Virus record (IMG/VR): IMGVR_UViG_3300003653_000052
Coordinates: 1-64,000 of that record
Direction: 5' to 3' (one strand)
DNA length: 64,000 nt
Source: a virus
A program made the translations under genes and the position numbers. How positions within the stretch are numbered: the stretch's first letter is position 1; every line of letters begins with the position of its first letter. Positions 23,737 to 33,497 of the stretch are shown here, in pieces. The notes beneath the pieces are model-generated. The model was given only the letters and a program-made list of their open reading frames with translations. It had not been told where the DNA came from and made no database searches.

Positions 23737-24726
23737 ATGATAAGTACAAAATCACTTGTATCTAATTTAGATCAAATACCAAAAGAGTGGGCATTTGAAT
23801 TCTATTTAAAACTTAAAGAAAAGTTAACCGGCCAAGATGTTAAAATAAAATCTGTATTTAACAATAATGATAAAGTTCCTTCATTATGTGTATACTTTGC
23901 TAAAGCAACAAATAGATATAAATTTAAAGATTTTTCTACTGATATATCTGGTGACGGTTTAGCATTAGTTCATCATTTATTCAAATTATCTAGTAGAGGA
24001 GAAGCTGCTTATAAACTAATTGAAGATTACAATCAATTTATGTTAACTGCTACTGAAGATTATTCTTTACGTGAGTTTAAAGTTCATCAAAAGTATAAAG
24101 TAACTACTTTTGAAATTAGACCTTGGACAACTCTTGATGAAAAATATTGGACACAATTTCATATAGGTTCAAAAGAGTTAGAAGTATATAATGTTCGTCC
24201 TTTAGAGCATTATATAATGGAAAAGGAAGAAGACTATGATATGAAAGTATTAAAAATCCGAGGTTCATATATATATGGGTATTTTAGAAAAGATGGTACC
24301 TTATATAAAATATATCAACCTTATGTAAAAGATAGTAAATTCATTAAAGTTAAAGACTATATTCAAGGAAGTGATCAACTTACATTGAAAGTACCATATC
24401 TTATAATAGGAAGTTCATTAAAAGATATTATGGCATTTAATAAAATGAAGTTTAAAAATGCAGAATGTATAGCTCCAGACAGTGAAAACACACTTATTCA
24501 AGAAGCTTATATGATGGCTTATAAGCTTAAATATAAAGCTATTATTACTTTGTTTGACAATGATGAACCAGGTATAAGAGCTATGCAAAAATATAAAGAT
24601 AAATATGATTTACCTTTTGTACACTTACCATTATCTAAAGATTTTTCAGATTCAGTACGTGATTTAGGAGTTAAACATGTAAGAGAAATAGTCACACCAT
24701 TATTGAAAGGAGTACTAAATGTATAA
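23737..24726 (+). CDS. DNA primase (Toprim domain)
   Basis: LIIGSSLKDIMAF and LFDNDEPGIRA (DxD) form a Toprim signature. The gene sits in the replication module. Confidence 0.7.
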   Translation: MISTKSLVSNLDQIPKEWAFEFYLKLKEKLTGQDVKIKSVFNNNDKVPSLCVYFAKATNRYKFKDFSTDISGDGLALVHHLFKLSSRGEAAYKLIEDYNQFMLTATEDYSLREFKVHQKYKVTTFEIRPWTTLDEKYWTQFHIGSKELEVYNVRPLEHYIMEKEEDYDMKVLKIRGSYIYGYFRKDGTLYKIYQPYVKDSKFIKVKDYIQGSDQLTLKVPYLIIGSSLKDIMAFNKMKFKNAECIAPDSENTLIQEAYMMAYKLKYKAIITLFDNDEPGIRAMQKYKDKYDLPFVHLPLSKDFSDSVRDLGVKHVREIVTPLLKGVLNV

Positions 24727-24889
24727 AATAAGTGGAGAATTACTTAAAGAATGTAAAAAAGAATTAAGAGATTATCAGAAATTTTTAAATCTAAAAGCAA
24801 AAAAATTAAAATTACCACCACTTTTAAAAAAAGGACTTTTACATGGTGTTGATAATGTACTTAAAAAATTGGAGGAATATAATCTATGA
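24719..24889 (+). CDS. small hypothetical protein (56 aa), below the track cutoff
   Basis: Hand translation gives MYKISGELLKECKKELRDYQKFLNLKAKKLKLPPLLKKGLLHGVDNVLKKLEEYNL. ATGA overlap with the next ORF. Confidence 0.4.
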   Translation: MYKISGELLKECKKELRDYQKFLNLKAKKLKLPPLLKKGLLHGVDNVLKKLEEYNL

Positions 24890-25311
24890 GTTGGATGTAT
24901 CAAAGAATAGATTTTCAAGATCAGGATATTCCAAATGGAGCCGTAGGTTTTATATACATAATGACTGCTATAATAAATGGAAATTCTGTATCTTATATTG
25001 GTAAAAAGAACTTTTATTCAAATAAAAAGAAACCTTTAGGTAAGAAGAAAGCACCTACTGATAAAAGAAAGAAAACATACACCAGAGTAAGTAAACTAGC
25101 ATATCATAATTATTATAGTAGTAATGATATACTAAAACAAGCTCATAAAGATGGTATTAGTATTAAAAGAGATATCATTAAAATCTGTTATAGTAAAACA
25201 GAATTAACCTATCATGAAGTCAAACAGCAATTTTTATATGAAGTTTTAGAACATGACTATTACTTAAATGGTAATATTTTAGGACGTTGGTTCCGAGGAA
25301 AACTTAAATGA
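24886..25311 (+). CDS. GIY-YIG-like (Seg-type) endonuclease homologue
   Basis: GAVGFIYIMTAIINGNSVSYIGKK resembles the GIY-(x10-11)-YIG motif. A basic linker follows. Confidence 0.5.
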   Translation: MSWMYQRIDFQDQDIPNGAVGFIYIMTAIINGNSVSYIGKKNFYSNKKKPLGKKKAPTDKRKKTYTRVSKLAYHNYYSSNDILKQAHKDGISIKRDIIKICYSKTELTYHEVKQQFLYEVLEHDYYLNGNILGRWFRGKLK

Positions 25312-25342
25312 AAATATATTAGGATATTATTATAATATTTTA

Positions 25343-25350
25343 TATATTTG
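25343..25350 (+). promoter_or_regulatory. Bacteroidota-type -7 box TAnnTTTG (TATATTTG)
   Basis: It matches exactly and ends 4 nt before ATG 25355. The geometry is the same as at 10300. Confidence 0.4.
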
Positions 25351-25354
25351 CTAT

Positions 25355-26245
25355 ATGAGAAAACAAACAGGAACCTATAAAACATACTTTGATATGTTAA
25401 AAGATTTACCTAAAATTGGTAGATTAAAAATATTAAAATTATCACATAAAAATAAATGGGGAGCTTATTACTTATTTTGTAAATGTGATTGTGGAAATAT
25501 AAAAAGTATTGATTTTACATCGTTAAATCAAAAGAAAACTAATTCTTGTGGTTGTTTACAAAAAGAAAAGGTAAAAAATACTGGTATAAATAATAAAAAA
25601 TATTTTATAAATCAAAATACATTAGTAGATAATAATAGTACAGCTTATATTTCTGGTATTCTTGCTGCTGATGGTTGTAATGAAGGAACTGGTATTTCTA
25701 TTTCTTTAGCTATAAAAGATAAAGAAATTGTAGAATTTATAAAATTTTATTTTGAATATTCTGGTTCATTATTTATACGTAAAAAAGGAATTAATGAATC
25801 TGATCAAATAAGATTATTTATTTCAGATAAAAAATTAATAGAATTTTTTAGAAGTAGGGGAATTGTAAAAAGAAAAAGTAATATTTACCGTGTTTCAAAA
25901 ATTTACAAATATAATAAGCATTTTTGGAGAGGAATAATAGATGGTGATGGTTGTATATTTAATTATAAATATAAATATAGTTTTTATGGATTTACATTGT
26001 GTGGTACAAAAAATACTATAGAAAATTTTAAAAAATATTGTGAATCTATTATAAAAACATCTATAAAAGTAAATATTTATACCATAAATAGTAAATCTAA
26101 TAGTTATTCAATACATCTTATAGGAGCTAGATATTTAAAAATATTAGATGAATTATATTCAGATTTATCTACTAATTTATATTTAAAAAGAAAATATGAA
26201 AAATATTTAGAAATAAAAGAAACATATAAACAAAATATTAAATAA
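25355..26245 (+). CDS. LAGLIDADG homing endonuclease with N-terminal Zn ribbon
   Basis: Two LAGLIDADG-type motifs are present (YISGILAADGC and FWRGIIDGDGC). The N-terminal CKCDCG..(x19)..SCGCLQKE parallels the ORF at 10312. It has its own TATATTTG box ending 4 nt before the ATG. Confidence 0.75.
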   Translation: MRKQTGTYKTYFDMLKDLPKIGRLKILKLSHKNKWGAYYLFCKCDCGNIKSIDFTSLNQKKTNSCGCLQKEKVKNTGINNKKYFINQNTLVDNNSTAYISGILAADGCNEGTGISISLAIKDKEIVEFIKFYFEYSGSLFIRKKGINESDQIRLFISDKKLIEFFRSRGIVKRKSNIYRVSKIYKYNKHFWRGIIDGDGCIFNYKYKYSFYGFTLCGTKNTIENFKKYCESIIKTSIKVNIYTINSKSNSYSIHLIGARYLKILDELYSDLSTNLYLKRKYEKYLEIKETYKQNIK

Positions 26246-26247
26246 AA

Positions 26248-26685
26248 ATGAAAAAAAAAGAAAAAGAAAAAGAAATAATAATATCTTCAACAGTTCCTTT
26301 AGATAGTGGTTTTACTCATGTTCTTTTTAATTTAGCTAGTCAAGGTTATTCACATATTAGAGCTGAATATTCTGGTGGAGGAGATGATGGTGCTATAGAT
26401 AATATAGTGTTAATTGAAAGAGGTGGTATATTAGAAGTAAGAGATGGTTTTGTAGAAGAATCTTCTGATCTCACAACAAATGAAATAGAATCAAATCTTA
26501 AAGAGGTTATAGAACATAAAATATATGATTATATTCTTAAAGATGCTTCTGATTGGGTTAATAATGATGGAGGTGGTGGTACAGTATATATTTCAACAGA
26601 AGATTATAAATATCATTGTAATCATTATTATAATATAATGACTCAAGTAGATGAAACATTAACAGGAGTATTAGGAGATAAATAA
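26248..26685 (+). CDS. hypothetical protein (145 aa) with two G/D-rich loops
   Basis: ORF track. It contains SGGGDDGAIDN and NNDGGGGTVY. Confidence 0.6.
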   Translation: MKKKEKEKEIIISSTVPLDSGFTHVLFNLASQGYSHIRAEYSGGGDDGAIDNIVLIERGGILEVRDGFVEESSDLTTNEIESNLKEVIEHKIYDYILKDASDWVNNDGGGGTVYISTEDYKYHCNHYYNIMTQVDETLTGVLGDK

Positions 26686-27033
26686 ATGGCACATCCAATA
26701 ATACATAGTAAATCTAGTGCCAAGAAATTTGGTGGTAGGCCTGATGAATATATAGGTATTCATGAATGGTTTGATGAAACTAAGGCTTGGATAGGACATT
26801 CTAACCATAGAGTATTTAGACATCACTCTGAAGGTATATTTGAAATGGAAAAGATATTTGGTAAATCATTTATTAATTCTGAAGATAAAGTAGTATATAC
26901 CAGATATATAGGAGAGCAACACGTTAAAGAAGATTGTAATGGATATATTCCATCAGCTTCAGAATGGATAAAAATGTTTCAATCAAAGGAAATACCCTTA
27001 TGGGCAATTAAAACACTTAAAATAGAAGATTAA
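26686..27033 (+). CDS. hypothetical conserved phage protein (115 aa)
   Basis: ORF track. It is His-rich: HSKSSAKKFGG..IHEWFDE..HSNHRVFRHHSEG. Confidence 0.6.
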   Translation: MAHPIIHSKSSAKKFGGRPDEYIGIHEWFDETKAWIGHSNHRVFRHHSEGIFEMEKIFGKSFINSEDKVVYTRYIGEQHVKEDCNGYIPSASEWIKMFQSKEIPLWAIKTLKIED

Positions 27034-27035
27034 AT

Positions 27036-27398
27036 ATGAAATTAGTAGATAAAACATTATATCATTGGTATAGTGAAGTGTATAAAAATTATAAATCAAA
27101 ATCAGTACAAATTTCATTAGACTTTAACTTTTATAAATCAATTGCTATTGATATTGATTTTATTAGAAAATATGATAATATAGGTATGGTTAGTATTGAT
27201 TTTTTAGGTCTTTTTATTTTTCATCTATATAAAGATGAAAATTGTGACCATGCTGGTTTAACATTTCAACTTAATATATTAGGTTTAGATTTTGAATATA
27301 ATAATAGAGACGTGAGACACTGGGATGATGATTTCAGAAATTTTGAATATTGTGATATTGAAGAATTAAATAAAAAATATTATGAGAGAACTAAATAA
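27036..27398 (+). CDS. hypothetical protein (120 aa)
   Basis: ORF track. Confidence 0.55.
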   Translation: MKLVDKTLYHWYSEVYKNYKSKSVQISLDFNFYKSIAIDIDFIRKYDNIGMVSIDFLGLFIFHLYKDENCDHAGLTFQLNILGLDFEYNNRDVRHWDDDFRNFEYCDIEELNKKYYERTK

Positions 27399-27585
27399 TA
27401 AACAAGTTTTAAATACTAAATATAATATTATAGAAGATATTATTGATACTACATCTAATAGTATACAAATACATTTAAAAGATAAGAAAACACATCTTGA
27501 TAAAGAAACAGGTAATTCATTAGGTACAGATTGTTATCAATGGTTTACAGAAAAAGAATTTTATACTAAATTTAAAGTAATTTAA
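27382..27585 (+). CDS. hypothetical protein (67 aa)
   Basis: ORF track. Confidence 0.5.
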   Translation: MRELNNKQVLNTKYNIIEDIIDTTSNSIQIHLKDKKTHLDKETGNSLGTDCYQWFTEKEFYTKFKVI

Positions 27586-27586
27586 T

Positions 27587-27997
27587 ATGCCTTGTAAAAC
27601 GGACTGTATAATCGGAGAATTAACTCCTTATGATGGAGGTCATAAGGAATATGAAAATAACTCATTATATAAAAATTTATTTGATTTATATAAGGGATTA
27701 TTATATCAAAGAGCAGATGAATCTGACTTTTTTAGAACAATAAAAAATGAACATGAAACAAAAGTTTGTTTATATCGTAATATAATAATAAATAATAATT
27801 TACAATCTCAATTGGGTATTATAGAAGGACAACAATTATATAATGAACAATTAGAACATAGATTAGAAGATAAAAAGAAAAAAATAAGTAAATTATGTGA
27901 TCAATTATTAACCGCAAATACATATCTAGAAAATCATTTAGAAATGGCTTTTTATAAAATTGAAAAAGAAAATATATTAAACCAATTAATGGAATAG
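27587..27997 (+). CDS. hypothetical protein (136 aa)
   Basis: ORF track. Confidence 0.55.
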   Translation: MPCKTDCIIGELTPYDGGHKEYENNSLYKNLFDLYKGLLYQRADESDFFRTIKNEHETKVCLYRNIIINNNLQSQLGIIEGQQLYNEQLEHRLEDKKKKISKLCDQLLTANTYLENHLEMAFYKIEKENILNQLME

Positions 27998-28125
27998 GTA
28001 AATATTATCCAGAATTATTAAAACTTGCTAGATCATGCAGAGAAGAAGATAATTATGATAAATTACTTCAAGATAAAAATAATAAAAAATTTACTAGAAA
28101 ACAAGTATTTATTCTGTTAGATAAA

Positions 28126-28308
28126 ATGTGGATGAATGTATCTGATAGAAGCAAAATGGAATCTTTTCATGGTTATTGTAGACTTCTTGAAGATGATATG
28201 GAAGAAATGCAAAATCCTACAAAATGGGAAGTTGAATTAGAAGTAAATAATATCACAGGACAATTAGAAATTACAGAGGGGTATGTTAATATAATCAAAT
28301 TATTATGA
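28126..28308 (+). CDS. hypothetical protein; the true 5' end is probably upstream of the annotated ATG
   Basis: The frame stays open for 54 codons upstream (27964-28125) with no ATG. See findings. Confidence 0.45.
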   Translation: MWMNVSDRSKMESFHGYCRLLEDDMEEMQNPTKWEVELEVNNITGQLEITEGYVNIIKLL

Positions 28309-28724
28309 CAGAAACAATTAAGTTAACAGAAAAAACATTTGATAATGTAATGTCAATGTTAAATTCACCAGATAAAGAAAATGTAGTCTTAGGATTAAGT
28401 TGTATTGAAGAACTGAATATTAAAACAGGTCTTGTATACTTATTATTAATGAAAAAATTAGGAAATGTTACAGATGAATTATGGAGAGAAAATGCTCCTA
28501 AAAAATTAAAATATTTAAAAGGTATGGGAGTAGAAGGAACACTTACTTATAAAAAGGTATTAGACTTACTCCGTGAAAGAAAAGTACCTATTAAAGATAT
28601 ACAGTTCTTTCTAAATAAATTTGCATTATATCTTCATCAATCAGTTAGAGAAGATTATGCAATAATAGATGCAATTGATATTCAAATAAAACTTAAATTA
28701 CATGACACAGTTACTAATGAATAA
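28305..28724 (+). CDS. hypothetical protein (139 aa)
   Basis: ORF track. ATGA overlap upstream. Confidence 0.6.
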   Translation: MTETIKLTEKTFDNVMSMLNSPDKENVVLGLSCIEELNIKTGLVYLLLMKKLGNVTDELWRENAPKKLKYLKGMGVEGTLTYKKVLDLLRERKVPIKDIQFFLNKFALYLHQSVREDYAIIDAIDIQIKLKLHDTVTNE

Positions 28725-29934
28725 AATTTCTAGAGAGGACTCTTTATCAAAAGCTAGTAAAACACTGCTTCTTAAAGAACCTTTTTATGGTATGTTTCTA
28801 ATAATGTTGCATAAGATTTGGGATAAGAGAGTTCCTACAGCAGGAGTGGGGTTAAACGGAATTAATTATCAACTTGTAATTAATGAAGGTTTTTGGAATA
28901 GTTTAAATGAAAAACAACATGTTCAACTTACAAAACATGAACTTTTACATATTGGATTTTTTCATATTACAGAATTTAGTCATCTTACAGATCGTGAGTT
29001 ATCTAATATTGCTCAGGATCTTGAAATAAACCAATATCTTATAAGAGATGAAATGCCTCCTGGTGGATTGCACATTGAACAATTTCCAGAACTTAATTTA
29101 GAACCTAAACAAGGATGTGTTTATTATTATGATAAATTACAACAAGGTAAAAAAGATGGTAATTGTCCTAACTTAAATGCAATGTTAAAAGCTATTGCTG
29201 ATGGAGAAGGAGAATGTACAATTTCAATACCTGGTGATGGTACAGATACTATTAAAATTCCACAACATGATTGGGAGGAATTTGAAAAATTAGATGAAGC
29301 AACTCAAAGATTAATTCAGAAACAAACTGAACATATTCTTAAAGAACTTGCTGAACAAACTAAAAAATCTTGTGGTAATATTCCTGGAGAATTTAAGGAT
29401 ATATTAGATAGGATTAATACTGTTGAGCCACCTAAATTTGATTGGAAAGGATATCTTAGAAGATATGTTGGTTCTACAGGTAAAACCTTTACTAAATTAA
29501 CTAGAAGAAAATCCTCTAAATATATTGAAGGCAATCCTGGTTTAAGAGTATTATGTCACAAACATATACTATTAGCTTTAGATACATCTGGTTCAGTATC
29601 AAAATCAGAGCTTAAAGAATTTTTAGGTGAAATGAATCATATTTATAAAACTAAATGTAAAATTACAGTAATACAAGCTGATACTGCTATAAGTAATATA
29701 GCAGTTTTTAATCCTAAAATAGATTATAGTATTTTTGGTAGAGGTGGTACAGATTTTACACCAGCATGTGATTATTATAATAAACATTATAAACAGTTTT
29801 CATGTATGATTTATATGACAGACGGAGAAGCATCTGCTCCACAAAACCCAATGAAAGGAAAGATATTATGGGTACTATCTTCCGCTTCAGCAGAATGTAC
29901 TCATTTACCCGGTCACACAATTAAATTAAATTAA
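28717..29934 (+). CDS. DUF2201-type putative metallopeptidase plus VWA domain protein
   Basis: HELLHIGFFH (HExxH) lies in the N-terminal half and LALDTSGS (MIDAS DxSxS) in the C-terminal half. An alternative start is at 28702. Confidence 0.85.
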   Translation: MNKISREDSLSKASKTLLLKEPFYGMFLIMLHKIWDKRVPTAGVGLNGINYQLVINEGFWNSLNEKQHVQLTKHELLHIGFFHITEFSHLTDRELSNIAQDLEINQYLIRDEMPPGGLHIEQFPELNLEPKQGCVYYYDKLQQGKKDGNCPNLNAMLKAIADGEGECTISIPGDGTDTIKIPQHDWEEFEKLDEATQRLIQKQTEHILKELAEQTKKSCGNIPGEFKDILDRINTVEPPKFDWKGYLRRYVGSTGKTFTKLTRRKSSKYIEGNPGLRVLCHKHILLALDTSGSVSKSELKEFLGEMNHIYKTKCKITVIQADTAISNIAVFNPKIDYSIFGRGGTDFTPACDYYNKHYKQFSCMIYMTDGEASAPQNPMKGKILWVLSSASAECTHLPGHTIKLN

Positions 29935-29942
29935 TAATAAAT

Positions 29943-31262
29943 ATGGACATAGTAAATCTTAATATTAAAGAAGCTAAAAGTGTAGTTGAATACTTCATTA
30001 ACAATAATTTATATCTTGAGAGTATAAATAAAAAGCCATTGGCTCTTAATTTACAAGGTCCTGCTGGAATTGGTAAGACTAGTTTAATTAAACAAATAGC
30101 TAAAGAATTAGATATGCATATTGTATGTTTAAATCTTGCTCAATTTGATGAATTAGGAGAACTTACAGGTTTTCCAGTAAAACAGTATCAACTATGTAAA
30201 GAAGGTACTCCTTCTGCAGGAGTTCCTATATATGAAACTAAAGTAATAACAAAACAAGTTCTTGAAAATGGTAAAATGGTAATTAAAGAATTATCAGAAA
30301 CAGTTCAAGTTGGAATTACAGCTAGTGCTTCTATTGCAGAAGATTCTTGTTTATGGATAGATGAAGTAGCTGTTAATGAATATATCAAACAAGGATATAT
30401 ATTTACAGGTAATAAAAGAATGGCCATAGCAGCTCCTGAGTTTATAGCTGGAATAGAAAAGCCAATATTGTTCTTTATGGATGATTTTTCAAGAGCACAG
30501 ACTAGGTTTTTACAAGCAACAATGCAATTAATTCAAGATTATGCTTATGCATCTTGGAAATTACCTAAAGGTTCTACTATCCTACTTTCTACAAATCCTG
30601 ATTCAGGAACCTATGCTGTAGAAAGTTTTGATGATGCCATGAAGTCTAGATTTATGACTATTAACATTAAACAAGATGTACCAAGTTGGGGTGAATGGGC
30701 TGAAAAAGATATTCTAGATACTAGATTGATTAATTTTCTTTTACTTAATCCTGAATTAGCTGATAATAAAGATGAAAGTATTAACCTTAGAAGTTTTACT
30801 AATTTCTTTAATTCTATATCTAGTATGCCTGATTTCTCTGCTCAATTACCTTTAATACAGATGTTAGGAGAAGGCTCAATAGGTTCTGAAGCAACAGTTA
30901 TGTTTACTATGTTCATTAATAATAAATTAGATAAATTAATTACTCCAACAAAAATCTTATTTGATAATAATGAAGCACAAGTAATGAGAGAACTTAGTGA
31001 TTGTATTGGTACAGGTAATAATTATAGAGCTGATATTGCAAGTATACTTGTAACAAGAATTATTAATGTGGCTATTAATTTTGCTGAACATAATTCTATT
31101 GAACAAAAAACTATTGACAGATTAATTACGTTAACTACAACACCAAATACATTAACTAATGATCTTAAATACATATTAATTAAAAAGATAATTAATGGTA
31201 ATAAACAGAAATTCGCTAGGTTATTAACTAATGCTGATGTAGTAAAAATTGCAGTAAAATAA
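29943..31262 (+). CDS. MoxR-like AAA+ ATPase
   Basis: Motifs are LQGPAGIGKTS (Walker A) and FFMDDFSRA (Walker B). It is paired with the upstream VWA protein, as in MoxR-VWA systems. Confidence 0.85.
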   Translation: MDIVNLNIKEAKSVVEYFINNNLYLESINKKPLALNLQGPAGIGKTSLIKQIAKELDMHIVCLNLAQFDELGELTGFPVKQYQLCKEGTPSAGVPIYETKVITKQVLENGKMVIKELSETVQVGITASASIAEDSCLWIDEVAVNEYIKQGYIFTGNKRMAIAAPEFIAGIEKPILFFMDDFSRAQTRFLQATMQLIQDYAYASWKLPKGSTILLSTNPDSGTYAVESFDDAMKSRFMTINIKQDVPSWGEWAEKDILDTRLINFLLLNPELADNKDESINLRSFTNFFNSISSMPDFSAQLPLIQMLGEGSIGSEATVMFTMFINNKLDKLITPTKILFDNNEAQVMRELSDCIGTGNNYRADIASILVTRIINVAINFAEHNSIEQKTIDRLITLTTTPNTLTNDLKYILIKKIINGNKQKFARLLTNADVVKIAVK

Positions 31263-31265
31263 TAT

Positions 31266-31293
31266 AAAGGAGAAGATTATATCTTCTCCTTTT
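31266..31293 (+). terminator. intrinsic terminator
   Basis: AAAGGAGAAGAT-TAT-ATCTTCTCCTTT. Confidence 0.75.
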
Positions 31294-31305
31294 AATATAA
31301 AAAAT

Positions 31306-32703
31306 ATGTTATCAGATTATACAAAAAATATAAAAATTATACATATAGATACCGATACCGGAATTTTAAAATGGAAAATAGTTTATAATACTAATATAGA
31401 GTATAATGACCGTTCAGATGAAATTACAAAATTAGAAGAATCATTAATCACTACTAATAGAACCCCTGGTTCTGGAGATAAAATGTATTTTCTAAATGGT
31501 GTAATTGTTCCAAGATTTAAATTAAAAGCATTTCATAAAAATAAAGATACAACATTAGTAAAATATATTGAATCAGCTAATATAGTTGTTGTGGGTAAAA
31601 GTACTATTAATAACTTTTTTGAACATTCTACTACATATACAGTTAATATACGAAAAATTGAAAATTATTTATATACATGGTTATTAACAAATCATGATAG
31701 ACATAATAATTATGATTTTTTAGATGATGAATGGGCATTAAAATTATTAGATGAAATTAAAATAATTGATGAAGATCTTTTAGTTGGATATAATTATAAA
31801 TATAAAGCATATTTAGAAAAACTTAAAATCAATTTAGAAGATTATAACTTTACTAATGTTATTTTATCTCAAGAACAATATATAGCTCTTGAAAAAATAA
31901 TGAATTTAAAATGTGATATTATTAAGGAAGAGATTATTCTTAAAGAATTAAATAGTACTCTTACTATGGATAAAACTATGTATGAGTCTATTAAAAATTT
32001 AATGGATAGTAAAGATAATGATAATCTAAAGTTAGCTATGGAAATGATGGCTAATTGTGATTATGATACTTCTTCTTTATATTTATTATTACTTTTAAAA
32101 GAGTATGATTATAAAATAGCTCGTAATAGTACTAAACATCATGTTAATTTTAAAGCGATGTTACATTATTTTGATTATACACCCACTTCAAATTTTACTA
32201 TAGACATTGATGGAATTATTACTAAATTAAAAGATAGAAAAATACCAATTATAAATTTTATAGATGTTCTTACACCATTAATACTTGCTGATTTTAAAGA
32301 TGATTCTGTTCATTATAAAGCAGCATCAGTTATATTACTTGATGAAGAAGGTAATGATATTATTTTAGAACAAAATATAGAAAATATATGGATTGAAAAA
32401 ATAGTAAAGGAAGATATAATAGAAGAAATAATTATACCAGAAGGTATTATTGAAATAGAAAGTTGTATTAAAGATATAATATTATCATATAAAGAGTTAG
32501 ATAACGTTATCTACGATGAATTAGGAGAAGTATTTTTATTTTGTAAAATTAATGAAGTAACAACATATAGAGATATTATTTTTGATGTTAAGCATGGTGG
32601 TAGAAATCCAGATGATTTACTTCAAATAATTGAATTTCTAGAAAATGAAAATTATCATGAACAAGTTACAGTATTAACCCAATGTTATTTAGATATAATA
32701 TGA
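31306..32703 (+). CDS. hypothetical protein (465 aa)
   Basis: ORF track. Confidence 0.65.
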   Translation: MLSDYTKNIKIIHIDTDTGILKWKIVYNTNIEYNDRSDEITKLEESLITTNRTPGSGDKMYFLNGVIVPRFKLKAFHKNKDTTLVKYIESANIVVVGKSTINNFFEHSTTYTVNIRKIENYLYTWLLTNHDRHNNYDFLDDEWALKLLDEIKIIDEDLLVGYNYKYKAYLEKLKINLEDYNFTNVILSQEQYIALEKIMNLKCDIIKEEIILKELNSTLTMDKTMYESIKNLMDSKDNDNLKLAMEMMANCDYDTSSLYLLLLLKEYDYKIARNSTKHHVNFKAMLHYFDYTPTSNFTIDIDGIITKLKDRKIPIINFIDVLTPLILADFKDDSVHYKAASVILLDEEGNDIILEQNIENIWIEKIVKEDIIEEIIIPEGIIEIESCIKDIILSYKELDNVIYDELGEVFLFCKINEVTTYRDIIFDVKHGGRNPDDLLQIIEFLENENYHEQVTVLTQCYLDII

Positions 32704-33497
32704 TTATAGGAATAAATGGAAAAATAGGCAGTGGAAAAGATACAGTAGGATTAATTATTTTATTTTTAACAGATGAAATACCAAAAGCAAATCTTAACTC
32801 ATTTAAAGAATGGTTAAAAATTGGATTTTATGCATCTCCTTGGCAAATAAAGAAATTTGCTGGAAAATTGAAAGAAATAGTATGTTTACTTACAGGTTGT
32901 ACGTTAGAGCAGCTAGAATCTCAAGAATTTAAAGATTCTAAATTAGAAAAAGAGTGGGATTATGTATTAAATGAAAATAATGAACCTGTTAATATTTTAA
33001 GATATAAAGATAATGATACTTTTAAACTAACTCCTAATCAGTTTATACAAAATTATACTTATAGACAATTATTACAATTTATAGGTACTCAATCTATGAG
33101 AAATATAATACATGAAGATTGTTGGGTTAATGCTTTATTTAATGATTATGAGATTAAATACATTAATCAAGCACAAGGTATAAAAGTTCGTGCTAGTGAT
33201 TATGAATATTATGAAGCAGGGTTAGATTCTAAAGAAGAAATTGTTACTAAACATGAACCTAATTGGATTATTACTGATTTAAGGTTTCCTAATGAATTTC
33301 AAGCTATTAAAGATAGAAAAGGTATTACTATTAGAGTTAATAGATATAATAGTAATAAAGATCTTGATTTCGATTCACATGAATCAGAAAATGCATTAGA
33401 TAATGTTGTATCTGATTATATTATTGATAATAATGGTACCATTGAGCAATTAATTGAACGAGTTAAACAAATTCTTAAACTAGAAAAACTAATATGA
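32700..33497 (+). CDS. deoxynucleoside monophosphate kinase-like P-loop kinase
   Basis: It contains MIIGINGKIGSGKDT (P-loop) and ITDLRFPNEFQAIK. The start was moved to ATG 32700, which forms an ATGA overlap. Confidence 0.8.
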   Translation: MIIGINGKIGSGKDTVGLIILFLTDEIPKANLNSFKEWLKIGFYASPWQIKKFAGKLKEIVCLLTGCTLEQLESQEFKDSKLEKEWDYVLNENNEPVNILRYKDNDTFKLTPNQFIQNYTYRQLLQFIGTQSMRNIIHEDCWVNALFNDYEIKYINQAQGIKVRASDYEYYEAGLDSKEEIVTKHEPNWIITDLRFPNEFQAIKDRKGITIRVNRYNSNKDLDFDSHESENALDNVVSDYIIDNNGTIEQLIERVKQILKLEKLI

